From contig CAYUWI010000001.1 of NCBI GenBank assembly GCA_964448275.1, positions 1 through 47,309 of the forward strand: 47,309 nucleotides of DNA, in the 5' to 3' direction. Source of the stretch: an uncultured Gammaproteobacteria bacterium (GTDB lineage Bacteria; Pseudomonadota; Gammaproteobacteria; Thiohalorhabdales; CAYUWI01). Of this stretch, positions 41,532-47,309 are shown one piece after another. Numbering within the stretch: position 1 is the first letter of the stretch; each line of letters starts with the position of its first letter. Made by a program: the position numbers and the translations under genes. The notes under the pieces were generated by a model. The model was given only the letters and a program-made list of their open reading frames with translations. It was not told the origin of the DNA and searched no databases.

Positions 41532-42965
41532 CTAAGGGGGAGCAAAGGGGGAAACAGTCCAATGGAGCCGAATCCACCACGCCGGTTCACCCGGTTGGAC
41601 AGCCCCAATCTCTGTGGTGGTCACCCCCACTACAGCCAAAATTTGGCCCTGGGAATCGACACATAAGGGGATCCAATCCCGCAGCCTAGCAGGTACCCCG
41701 CCCTCACGTAGCAATTCCTTGAGCCGCTTGTGATACTGCCCCCCAGCGGGGCGAATCCACTCCCCCCCGCGGCGTAACCGCATCCAGACCGCTTCATTGA
41801 CGGCTCGAGCCGCTACGAGGTGGCCTTCCTGAGAAGGCGGCCAGGGGGGACCAGTTACCGCCTCAACCCATTCGGCGCTCAAGGTCAATCCGAGGGCGGG
41901 CCATTCTAGGGAGGGATGAGAACAGGGGACCCAAAGCGCTGGACAGGGACCCCCTTTAGGGGTAGTAGGAGGTGGAGCCAAAACCAGTCGCCCCCCAATC
42001 CGATGGACACCTCCCTTCCCACCCCATTCCACCACACCCTCTCCAGTGCTACGCCGCGCCAGTTGGTGGATCTGCTCTAGGATAACCCGTGTTGGAGGAT
42101 CGAATCCCACCTTGCGAAGCGCAGCGCGCAATACTAGCCGCGCAGTCGCTTCATCCATCCCCGCGAGTGAGACTGCATCAATACTTGGGGGGTTGGCCCT
42201 TGGAATCCAGACCTCCTCTAAAGCCTCAGCCACAACCCGATCCAACACTTGGCGGGCATCTTGCAGATGGGCCGCACTGCGCGCCACGGGAGCCACTACG
42301 GACTCGCCGGTTACCTCAGTCAGGCACGGCAGTACCTGGTGACGTACACGGGAACGCGCGAGCTGTACGTTGTGATTAGTGGGGTCCACCACACCAGTTA
42401 ACCCACAGCCATCAACGAACTCTTGCAATTCAGCGCGCCGGAAAGGGAGCAAAGGCCGCACGAGCCAACCGGCTCCACATTGGCGCCACTTCTCGATTCC
42501 CGATAACCCATCGAGCCCCGCCCCGCGTAGTAAGAATAACAGGACAGTCTCAGCTTGGTCTTCTGCATGGTGGGCTGTGAGCAAGCACTCACCTTCACTG
42601 AGCTCTTTTTCCATCAAGGCGTAGCGGCCCGCGCGGGCAGCTGCCTCAAGGCTCTGGCCATTGCTGGCCTTGCCACGCCAGCGGAGGATCTGTAGGGGGA
42701 CCCCCAACTCCTCACAGATACGGCGACAGTGTTCTTCCCAGCGCGGTGCTTCCGGTAAGAGGCCATGATCAACATGTAACGCAGCGACCGCAAAGCCGCG
42801 TACAGGGACCAAAGCGCGGATCGCTGCTAATAAGGCAGTGGAGTCCACCCCCCCACTATACCCTACACGCAGGACTGCCCCTGCAGGAATAGCCAGTTCT
42901 TCCCGGAGATGGGCGTCTAAGCGGTTCAAGAAGCGATTACGCAGTGGCTGGGCAGGCAATCCCAT
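41532..42965 (-). CDS. tilS: tRNA(Ile)-lysidine synthetase
   Basis: PP-loop VGYSGGVDSTALL and HVDHGL, plus a TilS substrate-binding C-domain. Confidence 0.9.
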   Translation of the reverse strand: MGLPAQPLRNRFLNRLDAHLREELAIPAGAVLRVGYSGGVDSTALLAAIRALVPVRGFAVAALHVDHGLLPEAPRWEEHCRRICEELGVPLQILRWRGKASNGQSLEAAARAGRYALMEKELSEGECLLTAHHAEDQAETVLLFLLRGAGLDGLSGIEKWRQCGAGWLVRPLLPFRRAELQEFVDGCGLTGVVDPTNHNVQLARSRVRHQVLPCLTEVTGESVVAPVARSAAHLQDARQVLDRVVAEALEEVWIPRANPPSIDAVSLAGMDEATARLVLRAALRKVGFDPPTRVILEQIHQLARRSTGEGVVEWGGKGGVHRIGGRLVLAPPPTTPKGGPCPALWVPCSHPSLEWPALGLTLSAEWVEAVTGPPWPPSQEGHLVAARAVNEAVWMRLRRGGEWIRPAGGQYHKRLKELLREGGVPARLRDWIPLCVDSQGQILAVVGVTTTEIGAVQPGEPAWWIRLHWTVSPFAPP

Positions 42966-42973
42966 AGTATGAC

Positions 42974-43987
42974 CTAGCCCTTGTCTGCTCCCTTCTCTCC
43001 TCGATCCCCCTTGTCTTTATCACCTTTATCTTCTGAAAACGAGCCCACAGCCACCAAGCGGTGGTAGCGTTCTGTTAATAGGCAATCAATGGGCTTTGCG
43101 ATCAGCTCATCCAAGCGCGCTGTCAAGCTCTCGCCCAAGCATCTCGCCATCTCTTCAGGATCGCGATGTGCACCGCCTAAGGGCTCCTCCACCACCTCAT
43201 CGATTAGGCCGTGCTGTTTGACCGCCTGCGCCGTGATTCCCATGGCCTCAGCCGCTTCCCCAGCTTTAGAATTATCCTTCCAAAGGATCGAGGCACAACC
43301 CTCGGGACTGATCACGGAATAGGTAGCATACTGGAGCATCTGAACCCGATCTCCGACCCCGATCCCTAAGGCCCCTCCACTCCCCCCTTCACCGATTACT
43401 GTCGCAACAATTGGCGTGCGAAGCCTGGCCATCTGCTGGAGATTTCGGGCGATGGCCTCGCTCTGACCACGCTCTTCTGCACCTATACCAGGATAGGCAC
43501 CTGGGGTATCAATCAAGGTTACCACTGGAATACAGAACCGTGCTGCAAGCTGCATGAGCCGAAGGGCCTTCCGATAGCCTTCAGGACGCGACATCCCAAA
43601 GTTACGGTACAATTTTTCCTTGGTATCCTGGCCCTTTTGGTGCCCGATTACGACCACCGAACGCCCTTCCAATCGGCCTATCCCGCCAACTATAGCAGGG
43701 TCATCGGCGAAGACCCGATCTCCCCGCAGCTCACGAAAGCCTTCAAAGAGGTAATCGATATAATCGAGTGTCTGTGGTCGGCGAGGATGGCGAGCAACCT
43801 GGCAAATCTGCGCGGGGGTCAAATGGCTAAAGATCTTTTCGGTTTGACGCCGATTCTTGCGCTTAAGACGCTCGATCTCCTCACCGATATTGAGATCTGG
43901 TTCGTCTGTAGCATAGCGTAATTCTTCGATCTTGGCCTCAAGTTCGGCGATCGGCTGCTCAAAATCAAGAAAATAACGAGCATTCAT
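42974..43987 (-). CDS. accA: Acetyl-CoA carboxylase carboxyltransferase alpha subunit (with a Lys/Gly/Asp-rich C-terminal tail)
   Basis: [43 protein letters not shown] and [10 protein letters not shown]. Confidence 0.96.
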   Translation of the reverse strand: MNARYFLDFEQPIAELEAKIEELRYATDEPDLNIGEEIERLKRKNRRQTEKIFSHLTPAQICQVARHPRRPQTLDYIDYLFEGFRELRGDRVFADDPAIVGGIGRLEGRSVVVIGHQKGQDTKEKLYRNFGMSRPEGYRKALRLMQLAARFCIPVVTLIDTPGAYPGIGAEERGQSEAIARNLQQMARLRTPIVATVIGEGGSGGALGIGVGDRVQMLQYATYSVISPEGCASILWKDNSKAGEAAEAMGITAQAVKQHGLIDEVVEEPLGGAHRDPEEMARCLGESLTARLDELIAKPIDCLLTERYHRLVAVGSFSEDKGDKDKGDRGEKGADKG

Positions 43988-44442
43988 ATACTGAATCCCG
44001 CCCTGGATGACCGAACAGAAAAGAAGTAGGCAATTTCCTCAACAATTAAAAGACATCACCCCATCTTACGGGAGCCCTGCGCTATCAATAAGCACAAAGC
44101 CTTCCGAATGCAGATATCCCGCAAGCCTCACTTGTTAAGGGCAGCAGGAGCAGGGAGGCTGACCCAGCCGAGCGGTCAGCCCAAATCCCACTCTACGCGC
44201 TCGAGCCCTTGCGGCCCGTATGGAATCCTCGGGAAGGTGCAGGACGGGTAATGACTGCTACCTTGCGGCCTCGTTCCTGTCCTCATTAAGCTTCTTTGAA
44301 TCCCCATTCTTGGTAGGCTCTACACATGGGAGCGCAGCCTGTAGGTGGGTCCCCCCTTGACCCCGCGGAAGACCGCCTAGGAGGTACGCTCCCTCCCTTT
44401 ACAGGGGAGTGGCCTGACCAAATAGAGGGCTGTTGCAGGCAG

Positions 44443-44724
44443 CTATTTCCCCTGCGCTTGTTCAGGTGGGGTATACCCTTCCGGGAGATCAGCACCCTCA
44501 CCGGTAAAGAATGCTTCCATCTGCTCCATTAGATACTTTTGCGTTTGTGGATCCCGCACATTGAGGCGCTTTTCGTTAATCAGCATGGTCTGGTGTTCAA
44601 GCCACATCTGCCACGCTTCCTTGGAGACATGCTCATAGAGCCACTGGCCAATATCCCCAGGAAGGGGCGGTGCGTCCAGCGCCTCGGCTTCCCGTCCTAG
44701 CTTGACACAGTAAACGGTTGCCAT
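44443..44724 (-). CDS. yggX: Fe(2+)-trafficking / oxidative-damage protection protein YggX
   Basis: 93 aa: [58 protein letters not shown] at 44724 has GAGGAGC upstream. Confidence 0.88.
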   Translation of the reverse strand: MATVYCVKLGREAEALDAPPLPGDIGQWLYEHVSKEAWQMWLEHQTMLINEKRLNVRDPQTQKYLMEQMEAFFTGEGADLPEGYTPPEQAQGK

Positions 44725-44866
44725 CTCAATGCTCCTCTGCACTGGTTCACTTGGGGTGACTTCGGGCACCCCACAGGATATACGGTTAAATCACCTCAGC
44801 CCCGAAGTCAACAGGCCAAGTCCCCAATAAGTCCCTAAAGGGATCAATGGACCTCCACTATCACCT

Positions 44867-45187
44867 CTAGTTCCCTCTAAAGCCTGCACAGAGGCTCGCT
44901 AGCCCCCCATATCGATGCAGTATCCCCTGCAGGTAACTTAGGCTCCTCGGGGTAGCAATGAACGGAACCTCGGCGTCCTTGGCTATCTCTTTGACCTTTC
45001 TGGCCAGGGTATGGCTCACAAAGTCGGTCAACAGTATAACCGCATCAACTCGCTCAACCCACTCGAAGGTCGTGCGTTGGTGGGCTGGCTTGCGACCTGA
45101 GAGATGGGTGATCCTATGGGCTCCCTGAGCCTTCAGATAGGGAGCGAGATTGCCTAACCGGTCAGCTCCAATGAGTAAGATCTCCAT
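44867..45187 (-). CDS. DUF2325 domain-containing protein
   Basis: 106 aa: ILLIGADRLGN..THLSGRK..VDAVILLTDFVSHTLARKVKEIAKDAEVPF, matching the DUF2325 pattern as I remember it. Confidence 0.6.
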   Translation of the reverse strand: MEILLIGADRLGNLAPYLKAQGAHRITHLSGRKPAHQRTTFEWVERVDAVILLTDFVSHTLARKVKEIAKDAEVPFIATPRSLSYLQGILHRYGGLASLCAGFRGN

Positions 45188-45214
45188 AAGACCTCCATCA
45201 ACCTCTAATTATAT

Positions 45215-45256
45215 ATAATAATCACAATGATAACCGTTCCTATTAATGATAACAAC
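45215..45256. promoter_or_regulatory. Fur-box-like AT-rich operator candidates in the divergent DUF2325 / ABC-transporter promoter region
   Basis: AATAAT-CACAAT-GATAAC (45217-45234) matches (NATWAT)x3 at 16/18 positions. The core AATGATAAC is directly repeated at 45226-45234 and 45245-45253 (compare Fur consensus GATAATGATAATCATTATC). Confidence 0.4.
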
Positions 45257-45338
45257 CACCCGCCCGTGCCTGCCTGGTCGACTGTACGTTAATATGCCCA
45301 GTGGTCCTCAATAGTTGCACTCCCAGGGAGCCAACTGC

Positions 45339-46304
45339 ATGACTCAGGCCGCACTATCCATTCAGGGGATCTACAAACGCTACGATCAAATAGAGGCCCT
45401 AAAGGGGATCGACCTGGAGATCTCTCAGGGGGAATTCTTCGGTCTTCTCGGGCCAAATGGGGCGGGCAAATCCACGCTTATCAATAGCATCGCTGGCCTG
45501 GTACGGCCTGATGCGGGCCAGATCAAGATAATAGGCTATGACACCATCCGAGAGTTCCGGCAGGCACGCTGCAACATTGGTGTGGTCCCTCAAGAGTTGG
45601 TCTACGATCCCTTTTTTACAGTAGAAGACATCATCCAGCTCCAGGCAGGTTACTTTGGGGTCCGCAAGATGGGACCTTGGTTCGATGAACTCCTTGCTGC
45701 CCTCGAGCTCGAAGACAAGCGGACCAGCAATATGCGTCAACTTTCAGGGGGGATGAAGCGCCGGGTCTTAATCGCCCAAGCCCTAGCCCATCGTCCCCCG
45801 ATCATCATCCTCGATGAACCGACCGCCGGTGTCGATGTCGATCTGCGCAAGGGCCTATGGCAATTTACCCGCCGCTTGAATGGCGAGGGGATGACGGTGG
45901 TCTTAACCACCCACTACCTCGAGGAGGCCGAGGCGCTTTGCGACCGCGTCGCGATCATGAACCACGGCACAGTCGTTGACCTTGCTACTATGGAAGCACT
46001 GTTACAACGCGATGCGACGCGTTTCATGGAGGTCACCTTCGCCCATCCCTTGGAATACCTCCCAGAAACGCTGGCACCATTCACCATCGAGCATGCTACC
46101 TATAAGCTCCTACTGAACTTCTCCAAAGAGGAGCATAGCCCCATAGAGCTCCTCAATCAGATCCAAGGGCTTGGTCTAAATATAGTCGATCTGCAGGTCC
46201 GGCAACCCACTTTAGAGGATATCTTTCTCCAGATGACCGGGGAAAAGATTACGAGCGAACCCGAGAGGGCCAGCGACGTGATGACCGACGCGGAGTTGGG
46301 GTAA
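45339..46304 (+). CDS. ABC transporter ATP-binding protein (ABC-2 exporter type, YadG-like)
   Basis: Walker A GPNGAGKST, signature LSGGMKRR and Walker B IIILDEPTAGVD. ATG at 45339 has AGGGAG upstream. Confidence 0.9.
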   Translation: MTQAALSIQGIYKRYDQIEALKGIDLEISQGEFFGLLGPNGAGKSTLINSIAGLVRPDAGQIKIIGYDTIREFRQARCNIGVVPQELVYDPFFTVEDIIQLQAGYFGVRKMGPWFDELLAALELEDKRTSNMRQLSGGMKRRVLIAQALAHRPPIIILDEPTAGVDVDLRKGLWQFTRRLNGEGMTVVLTTHYLEEAEALCDRVAIMNHGTVVDLATMEALLQRDATRFMEVTFAHPLEYLPETLAPFTIEHATYKLLLNFSKEEHSPIELLNQIQGLGLNIVDLQVRQPTLEDIFLQMTGEKITSEPERASDVMTDAELG

Positions 46305-47072
46305 ATGGAGTTCAACGCGATCGGCTTCTATACCCTGCTCAAGAAGGAGCTCAAGCGGTTCTGGGTAGTCGGAATCCAAACAATCTTATCACCTATGGTC
46401 ACTGCCCTCTTGTACCTGTTGGTCTTTAGTTACGTCCTTGAGGAGCGAGTGGATGTCTATCCGGGGATTTCGTACACAGAGTTCCTCGTTCCAGGTCTGA
46501 TAATGATGTCGATGATCCAGAATGCCTTCGCCAACAGCTCCTCAAGCCTCATCATGTCCAAAGTGACAGGCCACATGATCTTTATCTTGGTGCCTCCGCT
46601 CTCCGGTCCGGAACTCTACCTGGCCTATGTCCTTGCGTCGGTACTGCGGGCCCTCTTGGTGGGCTTCTCTATATTCGGGATCGCCACCCTGTTCGTCGGT
46701 TCCATGCTGATCAATCCAATCCTGGTCTTGGTATTCGGCATCCTAGGTAGCGCCTTAATGGGGGCATGTGGCTTGATCATCGGATTATGGGCGGAGAACT
46801 TTGATCAAACTGCAGCCTTTACCAACTTCATTGTTATTCCATTCTCCTTCCTCTCGGGAGTCTTCTACTCCATTCAAGATCTACCTGCCTTCTGGCGCAG
46901 TGTCTCTCACTTCAATCCGTTCTTCTATATGATCGACGGCTTTCGAGCCGGCTTCATCGGTCACTCTGATGTGCCACTTTGGTTCAGTCTTGGTATCGTA
47001 TGCGGGTTCTTGGCACTGATCTCAGCAATCGCCCTCTACCTTCTCCATACCGGGTATCGGATTCGTGAATAG
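46305..47072 (+). CDS. ABC-2 family transporter permease (YadH-like)
   Basis: 255 aa with six predicted TM segments. The ATG directly abuts the ATPase stop (TAAATG). Confidence 0.85.
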   Translation: MEFNAIGFYTLLKKELKRFWVVGIQTILSPMVTALLYLLVFSYVLEERVDVYPGISYTEFLVPGLIMMSMIQNAFANSSSSLIMSKVTGHMIFILVPPLSGPELYLAYVLASVLRALLVGFSIFGIATLFVGSMLINPILVLVFGILGSALMGACGLIIGLWAENFDQTAAFTNFIVIPFSFLSGVFYSIQDLPAFWRSVSHFNPFFYMIDGFRAGFIGHSDVPLWFSLGIVCGFLALISAIALYLLHTGYRIRE

Positions 47073-47136
47073 AGGATGGTCTAAGGGTTTTGCCCGAGTC
47101 TATGAGGAGCTGACGAGGAATGTTGGACCAGAAAAT

Positions 47137-47243
47137 GTGGTCCCCCCATGCTACCGGTACCAACTTGAAGACGGCCGGATCCAGTGCAATCTCTGCCCAC
47201 ACACCTGCAACTTGAAGAGGACCAACGTGGGCTTTGCTTCGTC
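47137..47243 (+). pseudogene. 5' fragment of an AmmeMemoRadiSam-system-type radical SAM enzyme gene, frameshifted and then losing homology
   Basis: Frame 1 reads ..CYRYQLEDGRIQCNLCPHTCNLK, the typical N-terminus of this family. The expected continuation (E)EDQRGLCFV is in the -1 frame from about 47215 and hits TGA at 47250. The start codon is uncertain (GTG 47137 or further upstream). Confidence 0.4.
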
Positions 47244-47264
47244 ATACCCTGACCTGGGCACGCC

Positions 47265-47309
47265 GAATTGCCTGAATTGCCTGAATTGCCTGAATTGCCT
47301 GAATTGCCT
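47265..47309. repeat. Perfect tandem repeat (GAATTGCCT) x5 running off the end of the window
   Basis: Five exact 9-bp units at 47265-47309. The preceding 4 nt (cgcc) partly match the unit end. True extent is unknown because the window ends inside the repeat. Confidence 0.95.

Noticed and set aside
44207-44270. Repeated 10-mer CCTTGCGGCC (44207-44216 and 44261-44270), considered as a possible repeated RNA motif.
   Set aside because: By rough estimate, a single 10-mer recurrence within 455 nt of GC-rich DNA is expected by chance at about the 10% level. The flanks are not conserved.

Overview
This 47.3-kb, moderately GC-rich window reads as core chromosome of a Gammaproteobacteria-like organism. 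I can support about 48 protein-coding genes, almost all housekeeping. From left to right:

- A small membrane/stress-protein corner: DUF1328, a secreted EF-hand protein, and a frameshifted ZIP metal transporter.
- trmB, an SDR-family gene and a ferredoxin-reductase gene.
- A hemC-hemD-hemB-hemX-hemY heme cluster.
- An EEP-family nuclease/phosphatase gene and htpG.
- The prkA-yeaH-spoVR stress module.
- galU, aroD (type I) and comEA.
- A long co-directional block rpoE-rseA-rseB-degP-lepA-lepB-rnc-era-recO-acpS, divergent from nadB. This is the same synteny as the Pseudomonas nadB/algU-muc/lepA region, but without mucC/rseC and pdxJ.
- sdhCDAB, ygfZ, DUF4936 and ftsB.
- eno-kdsA-pyrG, then tilS and accA.
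- yggX, DUF2325 and a yadGH-like ABC-2 exporter.
- A broken 5' fragment of an AmmeMemoRadiSam-type radical SAM gene, running into a 9-bp tandem repeat at the window edge.

I found no rRNA, tRNA, CRISPR array, transposase, integrase, phage or recognisable defence genes. I do not see a convincing novel multi-gene system here. The items worth a second look are:

- Unexplained non-coding spacers: sdhA-sdhB 274 bp, accA-yggX 455 bp, rpoE-nadB about 660 bp, and the prkA leader about 480 bp.
- Two homopolymer-associated frameshifts.
- Fur-box-like repeats.
- The truncated radical SAM gene with its tandem repeat at the contig end.

All family calls come from reading the translated ORFs against remembered family motifs. 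No database search was run.
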